A program made the position numbers and the translations under genes. A stretch of 64,000 bases of DNA from a virus. Taxonomy: Duplodnaviria > Caudoviricetes. Positions 9,749 through 18,197 of the stretch are shown here, one piece after another; position 1 is the first letter of the stretch; each line of letters begins with the position of its first letter. The stretch spans positions 2,782 to 66,781 of IMG/VR virus record IMGVR_UViG_2933320104_000001; one strand, given 5' to 3'. The notes under the pieces were generated by a model that saw only the letters and a program-made list of their open reading frames with translations, was not told where the DNA came from and did not search any database.

Positions 9749-10563
9749 GTTTGCGAACCTTCAGTTTCGGCGGTGGCGTCCAGTCCGTGGCCGCCCTTGT
9801 CCTCCAGGCGCAAGGGAAGCTCGGCCAGGACTTCGACACCTGGCTGTTCTCCAACGTGGGCGACGACTCCGAGCACCCTGCCACCATCCAGTACTTCCAC
9901 GAGGTGGCCCTGCCGTTCGCCGAGAAGCACGGCATTGACCTACGGATGCTGCACAAGGTCCGGCGCGACGGCACGACCGAGACGCTGTACGGCAGGCTGA
10001 CCCGTGAAGGGTCGCGGTCATTGCCGATCCCGGTCCGCATGCCCGACACGGGAGCTCCGGGCACGCGTAGCTGTACGGCCGATTTCAAGATCCGGGTCAT
10101 CGGCAAGTGGTTGAAGCAGCACGGCGCCAGCGCCGACAACCCCGCCACGGTCGGTGTCGGGATCAGCCTCGATGAGATCCACCGCGCCAACGCGCGCAAG
10201 GTCGAACCCCACGAGCGGCTCGTGTACCCGCTGCTTGACCTGAAGCTGCGCCGGTCGGACTGCCTGCGCATCATCCGCGACAGCCCCCTACCCCCCCCGC
10301 GGAAATCGAGCTGCTGGTTTTGCCCCTTTCACCGGCCGCTCGTGTGGCAGGACATGCGGCGCGACGAAGCCGAACTGTTCGAGAAGGCGTGCAACTTGGA
10401 GGACTTGCTCAACGAGCGGCGCGACGAGCTGGGCAAGGACCACGTCTACCTCACCCGCTTTGGTGCGCCGCTGCGGCAAGTGGTTCCCGAGGGCGCCGAC
10501 CTTCTGCCGTTCTTCGGCGACGAAACAGACGGCTCCTGCGACAACGGGTGGTGCATGACATGA
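9745..10563 (+). CDS. PAPS-reductase-like (PP-loop) protein
   Basis: SFGGGVQS PP-loop; RSCTADFKI; YPL; KSSCWFCPF; C-terminal CDNGWC. Confidence 0.85.
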   Translation: MSLRTFSFGGGVQSVAALVLQAQGKLGQDFDTWLFSNVGDDSEHPATIQYFHEVALPFAEKHGIDLRMLHKVRRDGTTETLYGRLTREGSRSLPIPVRMPDTGAPGTRSCTADFKIRVIGKWLKQHGASADNPATVGVGISLDEIHRANARKVEPHERLVYPLLDLKLRRSDCLRIIRDSPLPPPRKSSCWFCPFHRPLVWQDMRRDEAELFEKACNLEDLLNERRDELGKDHVYLTRFGAPLRQVVPEGADLLPFFGDETDGSCDNGWCMT

Positions 10564-10627
10564 CGCCTATCGAGACGCACGCCCTGTTCGCCCTACGCGA
10601 CCAGCCCGAGAGAGGAGGGCAGCACCT

Positions 10628-10942
10628 ATGACCAGTTCCCGGACCGTCAGGTGCTCATGCTGTGACCGATTCGGGCCGCACAAGGCGCATGGCTGGTGCG
10701 TCGCCTGCTATCAGCGCTGGAACCGCGCCGGGCAACCCGACGCCGGGCCTCCACCTCGCCCGCAGGACCCGATAACTGCCGCCGTGGCTGGCCGTCAAGC
10801 TGCCAAGGCAGCCCGCATCGAGGACTACCTGGAGCTGCGCGCGTGGGGCGAGACACGCGAGCAGGCAGCGGCACGCCTGGGCGTGTGCGAGGAGACCACG
10901 CGACGGTATGACCGCGCCCTGCGAGAGCAGGTGTCGGCATGA
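10628..10942 (+). CDS. Zn-finger plus HTH protein
   Basis: CSCC..HKAHGWCVACYQRW; REQAAARLGVCEETTRRY. Confidence 0.7.
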   Translation: MTSSRTVRCSCCDRFGPHKAHGWCVACYQRWNRAGQPDAGPPPRPQDPITAAVAGRQAAKAARIEDYLELRAWGETREQAAARLGVCEETTRRYDRALREQVSA

Positions 10943-11445
10943 AGGCGATCTACTTCCACGGAGGCATCCCCGGACTCGAACCGGGCGACCTGATCCTGCC
11001 CGGCAGCCCGAACTTCGTCGACGGCTGCAAGATCTGCGACGCCCACAAGGCTGGGATGTCGCACGCGTTCGACCCGCTGACGCAGTACCAGGACCGGGTC
11101 TATGTCACCACGGACCGGGAGTATGCCAGGTTCTACGCCTCCAAGTATCCAAAGGGCGACCTGTACTCGGTTGTGCCGGTCGGCGAGCTGGTCGTCTCGG
11201 ATGAGGACCGCTTCCCGACCTGGACGGCGCCTGAGGCGCGCGTGGTCGGCGTCTACGACCGGTACGTGCAGCTCTCCCCGAAGCAGCGGCGCACCCTGAT
11301 GCGCAGGTGGGAGCGGGCCGATCGAGAGGTTGCGTTCGCTCGTCTCGCGTCGGCGCCAGCCGTACAGGAGACCACTGCCGAAGACGCTCTACGCGTACGG
11401 CGTCACGTAGGGCCTTCTCCTGCGGAGGCGCCCGATGCCTCTTGA
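10939..11445 (+). CDS. Arr-like (H-Y-D) ADP-ribosyltransferase
   Basis: YFHGG..GL.PGDLILP, RVYVTTD..YARFYA, G.LY.V.PVGEL..DED. Confidence 0.65.
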   Translation: MKAIYFHGGIPGLEPGDLILPGSPNFVDGCKICDAHKAGMSHAFDPLTQYQDRVYVTTDREYARFYASKYPKGDLYSVVPVGELVVSDEDRFPTWTAPEARVVGVYDRYVQLSPKQRRTLMRRWERADREVAFARLASAPAVQETTAEDALRVRRHVGPSPAEAPDAS

Positions 11446-11635
11446 CCTCTCCACCGACCTTGACCGTATCCGCCAGCACATCCCGCACCTGAAGAGGTTC
11501 GCGGCGAAGGCGTCTACACCTTCCGAGCGGGTGGCCGTAGCGCTGGAACTCGCCGCGTGGCGGATGGCGGCGGAACTCGTCGAACACGACCGGATGCTGG
11601 CGAACGAAATCGGAACGGAGGTGAACGGTGCCTGA
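11435..11635 (+). CDS. Hypothetical protein
   Basis: GGAGG RBS; overlapping neighbours. Confidence 0.6.
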   Translation: MPLDLSTDLDRIRQHIPHLKRFAAKASTPSERVAVALELAAWRMAAELVEHDRMLANEIGTEVNGA

Positions 11636-11915
11636 CTGGAAGTGGCACGAGCGTGCCGCGTGCAAGGGGCAGCCGCTGCGGCTGATGTTCGGACCCGACG
11701 GGGAGCGCCTGCCGGACCGGATCATCCGCGAGGACATCGTCAATCAGCAGTTCTGCTCTCACTGCCCGGTCCGCATGCGCTGTCTGGAGTATGCGTTCGA
11801 CACCAAGCAGGCCGCGGGCGTGTGGGGTGGGCTTGGCGAGGACGAGCGGGCGGCCAAGCGCCGCAACTGGTTGAAGAGGACCGCCCGTGAGCGGGCCGCG
11901 ACGGGGGTGGCGTGA
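11628..11915 (+). CDS. whiB: WhiB-family Fe-S transcription factor
   Basis: W...AAC...C..CPV...CLEYA......GVWGGL...ER. Confidence 0.93.
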   Translation: MPDWKWHERAACKGQPLRLMFGPDGERLPDRIIREDIVNQQFCSHCPVRMRCLEYAFDTKQAAGVWGGLGEDERAAKRRNWLKRTARERAATGVA

Positions 11916-12418
11916 TGGCCTCCAACTATGCCTCCTCGATGGGCGGCCACGACGCCGAGTGGCTGCTTCAGCACGAGCGTGTCGCCAACGACCGCGACAT
12001 GGTCAGGAACCGCGGCACCACCAAGACACCGATCGACACTCGCCTGAAGTCGATCGGCTCGATCCTCGAGATCACACCTGACGAGGCCGGCACTGCAGGG
12101 CGGGTAGCGATCCGGATCGCCCTGGAACGGCACGCCTGCGTCGCCCTTCCCGCCTGCCAGGTGCACGGCCAAGACCCGTGCGACTGCAACCCGTGCGTGG
12201 ACCCGCGCCACGAAGGCGACCTCGCCCTGGTCGAGGAACTGCTGCGCGCCGTCGACCTGAAGCCCGAGCAGACCGACCGTAGATGGTGCGCCAGGTGCAA
12301 GCACGTGCGGCCTGTGGAGGAGTTCCAGAGCGCGCAGGACACCTGCAACGCGTGCCTCACGTATTGGAAGCAGCGGCGGCTGGCTGAGGCAGCCGCGAAG
12401 AGGGCGGTGAGCACCTGA
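11912..12418 (+). CDS. Cys-rich hypothetical protein
   Basis: CARCK..RP.EEF....CNAC Zn ribbon. Confidence 0.65.
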   Translation: MMASNYASSMGGHDAEWLLQHERVANDRDMVRNRGTTKTPIDTRLKSIGSILEITPDEAGTAGRVAIRIALERHACVALPACQVHGQDPCDCNPCVDPRHEGDLALVEELLRAVDLKPEQTDRRWCARCKHVRPVEEFQSAQDTCNACLTYWKQRRLAEAAAKRAVST

Positions 12419-13062
12419 TGACAACAATGTGCGGCACCTACAGCGGGTACACCCAAGGCGGCTGCCGCTGCCCGAGGTGCAGCGCGGCAACCCGCCGCTA
12501 CAACAAGCGTCGCGCGATGCTGATCGAGAGCGGCCAGTGGCAGCCGTGGGCCGACGCCGAACCTGTCCGCCAGCATGTCGCCCGCCTGCGCAAGGCGGGA
12601 GTGAGCGTCAGCTCCATCGCCCAGATGGCCGGCGTCAATGTGTGGAGCCTGTCGACGCTGATCAACTCGGACAGGCCGCGGGCGCGTGCGGACTTCGCCC
12701 GCAAGCTGCTGGATGTCAGCATCGACGTTGCCGCCCTGCCCGCCAATTCCAAGATCGATGCGGCGGGGACGCGTCGACGGTTGCAAGCCCTCATCTTGAC
12801 GGGCTGGCCTACGAAGGTGCTGTCCGAGCGGCTTGGCATGGACCGGACATCCATCCGCAAGGCGATGTCCCAGGAGCAGGTGCGCGCCCGCACCGCGGTC
12901 CGCGTACGCGACCTGTTCGAGGAACTGTCCACCCAGCAGCCGCCTCCCGGCGCCAGGACCCGCCGCTACGCACAGACCCGCGGATGGCTTCCCGTAGCCG
13001 TGTGGGACGACATCGACGATCCGGACGAGCAGCCCAAGGGCGCCTGCAGGGAGGCGTCATGA
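12418..13062 (+). CDS. Phage DNA-binding protein (Cys N-domain plus two HTH)
   Basis: GCRCPRC; DAEPVRQHV; GTRRRLQAL...GW; WDDIDDP. Confidence 0.8.
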   Translation: MTTMCGTYSGYTQGGCRCPRCSAATRRYNKRRAMLIESGQWQPWADAEPVRQHVARLRKAGVSVSSIAQMAGVNVWSLSTLINSDRPRARADFARKLLDVSIDVAALPANSKIDAAGTRRRLQALILTGWPTKVLSERLGMDRTSIRKAMSQEQVRARTAVRVRDLFEELSTQQPPPGARTRRYAQTRGWLPVAVWDDIDDPDEQPKGACREAS

Positions 13063-13085
13063 CCTCTTACTCGGAGGCCAGAAGG

Positions 13086-13316
13086 TCAGGAGTCGGAGGG
13101 CGCGCTGGTCTCGAACTCCCGCTGGAAGCGCCGGACCTGCTCACGGGTCAGCCCGAGTTCCTTAACGATCGCGTCCTGAGAAATGTCCTGGCGGCGGGCA
13201 TCGCGTATCGCCCGGCCAAGGTCAAGGCGGGCGCGTTTCACGAGCTCGCGGGCATCTTCCTGAGCCTGTTCGTATGCCTTGCGAGCGGCAACGACATCTC
13301 CCATCGGGTCCGACAC
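13086..13316 (-). CDS. Small HTH regulator
   Basis: ISQDAIVKELGLTREQVRRF HTH; divergent from replication operon. Confidence 0.75.
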   Translation of the reverse strand: MSDPMGDVVAARKAYEQAQEDARELVKRARLDLGRAIRDARRQDISQDAIVKELGLTREQVRRFQREFETSAPSDS

Positions 13317-13329
13317 CCCTTCATGTTCT

Positions 13330-13410
13330 CACGGTTGGCCTACCAGAAATGATGCCACATCGCAACGTGACGTATAGGCCAACGCCACATGTGGAGTAGG
13401 CATAGAATGA
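13330..13410. promoter_or_regulatory. Divergent promoter/operator region
   Basis: Inverted GTTGGCCTA (13334) / TAGGCCAAC (13375); palindrome CCACATGTGG (13385); TAGAAT at 13403; lower GC. Confidence 0.55.
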
Positions 13411-13517
13411 CTCATGTAGCACCACGGAAGTGACAAGGGGGACTGGTGCGACACCGAAGACGGGTCCAGCTCTCGTAAGCCCATCCCTAGCAGCAAGACC
13501 AGAGAGAGCCGCCCTAC

Positions 13518-14471
13518 GTGAACGACGAACAAGCCGGCCTACTGGGTGACGGTACGTACCGCGCCTACTGGCTGCGCATGGTCATGCGGAGCCCGCAGAT
13601 CAACGACTCCCTGCGGGTGCTGCTCATGACGCTCGCCCTGTACATGGACGCGACCGGTCGCGTTTCGGTCCCTCGCGATGATCTCGCCCGACTGCTTGGA
13701 AGGAGCGCCCGGAAGATGGCCGACAAGTTCAAGATCGCCCTTGAGTCGGGGTTCCTCGTTCAGGTGGCGCGCGGGCAGAAGCATCAGACCGCGGTCTACT
13801 CGGCGGCGATCAACGGCGAGGCCCTCAGCATGACCCCTGAGGGTCACCCTGAGACCGACACCTTCAGCATGACCCCCGGGGGTCATGCTGAGGGTTCTCA
13901 GGGTGACGGGTACAAGCACCCTGAGAACGAGGGCGACTCGACTGCTGAGGGTTCTCAGGGTGACGGGTACAAGCACCCTGAGAATCGGGAGCCCCATCTC
14001 AGCATGACCCCCGGGGGTCATGCTGAGGATGCCGAGACCGATCCTCAGCATGACCCCCGGGGGTCATCCCAGGGTTTTAAGTATGTAGAGGTAGTTGAAG
14101 AATCTGATCTTGGTGATTCTTCTCTCTTCACCGTCAAGGACGCCGCTTCGCGGCAGGAGACGAAGAAATCCCGGCGCAAGCCTGAGATCCCGATCCCCGA
14201 CGACTTCGCGGTCACCGCCCAGATGCGTGCCTGGGCCAAGTCCAAGAGCTACACCGTCGATCTTGATCAGCAGACCTTCCGGTTCATCAACCACGCCAAG
14301 CAGAACGACCGTCGCTGCCGCGACTGGCTCCACGCCTGGCGCAACTGGATCGACATCGGCCAGGAGAAGCAGAACCAAGAACAGCAGCGCCTCAAGGGCA
14401 ACGGCTCCGGCTCCCACGTGCCTCGAGGCCCTCGTCAGAACCCCTTTCAAAGCAAGAGGGAGACAGCGTGA
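13518..14471 (+). CDS. Phage replication initiator (lambda O-like architecture)
   Basis: N-terminal wHTH-like domain; central repeat linker; C-terminal IPDDF..T..MRAWA...F.NH.....DW..AWRNW; upstream of DnaC/DnaB. Confidence 0.8.
   Translation: MNDEQAGLLGDGTYRAYWLRMVMRSPQINDSLRVLLMTLALYMDATGRVSVPRDDLARLLGRSARKMADKFKIALESGFLVQVARGQKHQTAVYSAAINGEALSMTPEGHPETDTFSMTPGGHAEGSQGDGYKHPENEGDSTAEGSQGDGYKHPENREPHLSMTPGGHAEDAETDPQHDPRGSSQGFKYVEVVEESDLGDSSLFTVKDAASRQETKKSRRKPEIPIPDDFAVTAQMRAWAKSKSYTVDLDQQTFRFINHAKQNDRRCRDWLHAWRNWIDIGQEKQNQEQQRLKGNGSGSHVPRGPRQNPFQSKRETA
13824..14130. repeat. Putative replication origin: palindromic iterons plus AT-rich tract
   Basis: TCAGCATGACCCCCGGGGGTCATGCTGA at 13864 and 13999, variants at ~13824 and ~14044; TTCTCAGGGTG-N11-CACCCTGAGAA twice; AT-rich 14075-14130. 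Confidence 0.8.
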
Positions 14472-15028
14472 ACTCCGCCCAGCCCGCCGACGAGTGGGCA
14501 GAAGACCGCCGCCAGCGCCGACTTGCGGCCTTCCGTAAGCGCAGGCCAGTCATGCTCAGCGGCCCCGGTGTCCTGCATGACGACGTCGCCGAGTGGGGGA
14601 GTCGGCTCTTCGACAAGACCGCCCGAAACCTCGTCATCGTCGGCGACATCGGCACCGCGAAGACCTGGAACGTGTGGGAGGTGCTCGAGCGCGCCATCAA
14701 GGTCGGCTACGCAGGCACCGTCCTGATCGCCACGCCGGCCGAATGGCAGGACGTCGTCGGCCCGCCCGCCGATCGGGACCGCCTGCGCGAGATGCGCGAA
14801 GTCGACGTCCTCGTCCTCGACGATCTCGGCTCCAACCGCATCAACGAGTGGCAGCGCGAGAACCTGCTCGCCGTCGTCGACGAACGATGGCAGCACGCCC
14901 GGCCGACCGCGATCACCTCGAACATGGACGACTTCGACGGAGCACTCGGCCCGCGGCTCACTTCTCGCCTCGGTGACGGGGCGACGGTGGTCATGCTCGA
15001 GGGCGCCGACTTCAGGACTGCCCGATGA
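14468..15028 (+). CDS. DnaC/IstB-like helicase loader ATPase
   Basis: Walker A variant GDIGTAKT; Walker B VLVLDDLG; ITSN; R..SRL. Confidence 0.85.
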   Translation: MNSAQPADEWAEDRRQRRLAAFRKRRPVMLSGPGVLHDDVAEWGSRLFDKTARNLVIVGDIGTAKTWNVWEVLERAIKVGYAGTVLIATPAEWQDVVGPPADRDRLREMREVDVLVLDDLGSNRINEWQRENLLAVVDERWQHARPTAITSNMDDFDGALGPRLTSRLGDGATVVMLEGADFRTAR

Positions 15029-16395
15029 CGGCCGACGCGATGGAGCTCGAGAGGTGGGCGCCCGGCCAGGACGTTCTCGCCGCCGAGATGGCCGTGGCTG
15101 GTGCGGTGATGCAGTCGAAGACGGCGTTGGAGGAGGCCGCCGAGCTGCTCGAGGTGGACGACTTCTTCAGCGTGGCCGGGTACGTGTACGCCGCGGCGAT
15201 GGCCCTGCTCGGCGACGGCAAGCCGGTCGACCCTGCGGCGGTGTTCGGCGAGGTGCAGACCCGCGGACACCTCGAGCGAGTGGGCGGCGGCGCCTACCTC
15301 GGGTCGCTGATCGAGCACGCCGCCAAGGCCGGGTCGGTGTCGTATCACGCGCGGCGGATTGCCGCCGATGGGCTGCGCCGCCGCATGAACCTGGCCTGCT
15401 CGACCGCGTTGCAGGTCACCGAAGGCAGAGCGTGGGACGCCGAGACGGACGTAGACCTGATCCGCAAACTGATCGATGAGGCCGCGGCCCGCCGCGTAGG
15501 CACCGAACCGGGCGACGTGTCCGCAGGCATGATGGCGTTGCTCGACGACCTCGAGAACCCGCCCGCTGTCACGCCTGGGGTCGCGCCGCCGTACCTGGAC
15601 CTCGAGATGCTGCTCACCTCGTTTCAGGCGGGCCAGCTCATCGTGGTGGGCGCGAGGCCATCGGTCGGCAAGTCAACCCTGGCCGTGGATGTGGCACGGA
15701 CTGCGGCGATCAGGGACGGCCACCGAACGATCATCTTCACGCTCGAGATGTCGGAGCGGGAAGTCCTTCAGCGAATGGTGTCCGCAGAGGCGAAGGTCAA
15801 CCTGAGCACGATCCGCGCCTACAAGGTGAACGAACTCGAGCTCGAGCGGATCGCCAAGGCCGCCGCCCACATCTCCGGCGCTCCACTCACGATCGACGAC
15901 CAGCCCGGTTGCTCGCTCGAGAGGATCCGCGCCCGCCTGCGCACGCTGTCGCGTACAGGTCCGATCGGCATCGTGATCATCGACTATTTGCAGCTCATCA
16001 CCCCGCCGAAGGTCCCCAACCGTGAACAGGAGATCGCCGCGATCACCCGCGGACTGAAACTCCTGGCCATGGAGTTCAAGGTACCGATCATGCTGCTGTC
16101 GCAGTTGAACCGAGGCCCTGAGCAGCGCGCCGACAAGAAACCGGTCGCCTCGGACCTGCGTGAGAGCGGGGCTACGGAACAGGACGCCGACGTGATCATC
16201 CTGCTGCACCGCGACGACGCCTACGACCCCGAATGTGCTCGAGCGGGAGAAGCCGACCTGATCGTGGCAAAGAACCGCAACGGCCCCCGGGCGACCATCA
16301 CCGTGGCAAGCCAGCTGCACTACAGCCGCCTCGTTGACATGGCACCGAACCAGCCCGCTCCGCAGGGCCGCCCAGACCTTCGCGTCGTGAACTGA
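15025..16395 (+). CDS. dnaB: Replicative DNA helicase
   Basis: GARPSVGKS, FTLEM, IIDYLQL, LSQLNR, SDLRESGATEQDADV, AKNRNGP. Confidence 0.96.
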   Translation: MTADAMELERWAPGQDVLAAEMAVAGAVMQSKTALEEAAELLEVDDFFSVAGYVYAAAMALLGDGKPVDPAAVFGEVQTRGHLERVGGGAYLGSLIEHAAKAGSVSYHARRIAADGLRRRMNLACSTALQVTEGRAWDAETDVDLIRKLIDEAAARRVGTEPGDVSAGMMALLDDLENPPAVTPGVAPPYLDLEMLLTSFQAGQLIVVGARPSVGKSTLAVDVARTAAIRDGHRTIIFTLEMSEREVLQRMVSAEAKVNLSTIRAYKVNELELERIAKAAAHISGAPLTIDDQPGCSLERIRARLRTLSRTGPIGIVIIDYLQLITPPKVPNREQEIAAITRGLKLLAMEFKVPIMLLSQLNRGPEQRADKKPVASDLRESGATEQDADVIILLHRDDAYDPECARAGEADLIVAKNRNGPRATITVASQLHYSRLVDMAPNQPAPQGRPDLRVVN

Positions 16396-16407
16396 AAGGA
16401 CACTGAA

Positions 16408-16743
16408 ATGTCGGCAACCGCCAACATCTCCGATTGGGACATAGCCCGAATCCGGCAACTCAACCCCATCGCCCACGTCGCCCAGGACCTCGGATACGAG
16501 CTGGAGATGCGCGGCGACGGAGAGTTCGTCATCCCCTGCATCGAGTCACTGGACCCGGAGACCCGGGTCGCGTTCTCCAGGAGCCTGATCCCGGAGCGCG
16601 GCATGTACTACTGCCAGCACTGCTCCTCCGGTGGCGACGTCATCAGCCTGGTCGAGAAGGACAAGAAGATCTCCTTCAGGGAAGCCGTCGAGTACCTCGC
16701 CAAACGCGCTGGCATCCGTCTCGCAATGGGGGCTGGCGAATGA
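16408..16743 (+). CDS. Stand-alone CHC2 zinc-finger (primase-type) protein
   Basis: YYCQHCSSGGDVISLV......SFREAVEYLAKRAGI. Confidence 0.8.
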   Translation: MSATANISDWDIARIRQLNPIAHVAQDLGYELEMRGDGEFVIPCIESLDPETRVAFSRSLIPERGMYYCQHCSSGGDVISLVEKDKKISFREAVEYLAKRAGIRLAMGAGE

Positions 16744-17003
16744 ACCACACGGCCGACCTGTTCAAGCGCCGCGAGGACCACTTCCGCGTGATCGTTGTGC
16801 CGAACCGGTGGGGCGGCTATGACGTCGCCCTCGTCATCGACGGCTCGTACGCGAGCGCCGCGGACGCCCGGCACAACGCCGACGACTTCAAGCGGCAGAT
16901 CGAGGCCGCGTTAGCTGCGGACGGCATGCCGTACGGGATCCCGCTCAACCCGGAGACCGGCCGTCCCCAGCTTGTGGACGCAGCCGTGGAGGAGATCGCA
17001 TGA
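16740..17003 (+). CDS. Hypothetical protein
   Basis: ATGA overlap. Confidence 0.65.
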   Translation: MNHTADLFKRREDHFRVIVVPNRWGGYDVALVIDGSYASAADARHNADDFKRQIEAALAADGMPYGIPLNPETGRPQLVDAAVEEIA

Positions 17004-17665
17004 ACTTCCAGCCCATCGAAACCCGCTACGCAGGCTGCCGCTTCAGGTCGCGGCTCGAGGCCCGCTACGCCGTCCTGTTCGACAAACTCGGGATCCGCTG
17101 GGAGTACGAGGTCCAGGGCTTCCTCGTTGGCGAGGATGACGAGAAGCGCCCGTACCTGCCTGACTTCTGGTTGCCTGCCGACCGGCTGTGGGTCGAGGTC
17201 AAGGGCACGGAGGAATCGCTCGACGTCGAACTGATCCGCGACGCGGTCATCCCGCATGGTGGGCTGCCGGCCGACCCCACGGGCGCTCTGCTCGCCGACA
17301 CGTCTAGGGCTGGGGCGCGCATGCTGATTCTCGGCCCGCTCGGGCGCGGAGTCGTGGCGCTGAGCGATAAGGCAACCGGCGAAGCGGCCGGCTATGGCGG
17401 CCCGACTCACACAGTCCTGAGCTTCTGGAAAGGCGACGTCCTACAGGGAGCCGCCACCCTCGCCGTTGGCGGAGTTGTCATCGAGCGCTGGGACGGCGGC
17501 ATCGTCGGCAACGACTCCCGGGACGTCCTGTGGGCCAACCGCGGCACCGAATGGGGCGGACTCACTCGCGAAGGCATGTGGATCTCCGACACCTTCGACC
17601 AGCGCGTGGCCGACGCCTATCGCGCTGCCCGTTCCGCCCGTTTCGAGCACGGGGAGTCCGGATGA
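17000..17665 (+). CDS. PD-(D/E)xK nuclease-like protein
   Basis: FRSRLEARYA..FD.LGI.WEYE...YLPDFWL.....WVEVKG. Confidence 0.75.
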   Translation: MNFQPIETRYAGCRFRSRLEARYAVLFDKLGIRWEYEVQGFLVGEDDEKRPYLPDFWLPADRLWVEVKGTEESLDVELIRDAVIPHGGLPADPTGALLADTSRAGARMLILGPLGRGVVALSDKATGEAAGYGGPTHTVLSFWKGDVLQGAATLAVGGVVIERWDGGIVGNDSRDVLWANRGTEWGGLTREGMWISDTFDQRVADAYRAARSARFEHGESG

Positions 17666-17767
17666 CCGTGCCGGCCGACCCTGGACCGCCTGACCGTCCC
17701 CACCCTGTGCATCCCGCTGTGGACCCACCCGTACCAGCCGTACACCGAACAGACACGGAGGAGACCC

Positions 17768-17959
17768 GTGCTCAAGATCAGCCTTCGTAGGCGGCAGGGC
17801 TACGAACTCGCCGACACCGCCCGCCGCAACGAGAACCGCTCCCACTGGTACCGGCTGATCGGGATGCGCCGATGGACGCTGATCCTCATGGTCGCCGACT
17901 CCAACTTCGTCAGCGAGTACGCCCCCGACCAGACCGAGGAGAGCACCAGCCATGGCTGA
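17768..17959 (+). CDS. Hypothetical protein
   Basis: GGAGGAG RBS then GTG. Confidence 0.55.
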   Translation: MLKISLRRRQGYELADTARRNENRSHWYRLIGMRRWTLILMVADSNFVSEYAPDQTEESTSHG

Positions 17960-18197
17960 CACCAAGACCGAGAAGACCGTCGCAGTCCACGCCGTCGCGT
18001 TTGAGGCGATCGCTCGCCTGGTGGCCGACCAGACGGCCTACCGAACGTCGTGGGCTCCGACCGTGGAGGAGGCCGAGGAGGACCTGGAGCCTTCTGTGCT
18101 GGAAGACCTGGCGGAGCTGACCGAGGTCTGTGGACCTTGGGACGCCGCCAACCGACTGTTCAACCCGATCAACGAGAGGAGCGCCGATGTGGCGTAG
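17952..18197 (+). CDS. Acidic hypothetical protein
   Basis: Coupled ORF. Confidence 0.6.
   Translation: MADTKTEKTVAVHAVAFEAIARLVADQTAYRTSWAPTVEEAEEDLEPSVLEDLAELTEVCGPWDAANRLFNPINERSADVA

Noticed and set aside
8367-10274. 635-aa reverse-strand ORF
   Set aside because: Antisense shadow of the MTase and PAPS-reductase genes; Arg/Gly/Pro-rich with no motifs, as expected in high-GC DNA
10939-11445. Calling this a rifampicin-resistance gene (arr)
   Set aside because: Only the fold-level motif pattern matches; the Arr-specific NxTxKKFPGNPT-type loop is absent
13824-14070. CRISPR-like or MITE reading of the palindromic repeats
   Set aside because: Spacing is irregular, spacers are not unique, there are no cas genes, and the repeats lie in-frame in a replication initiator; iterons explain them better
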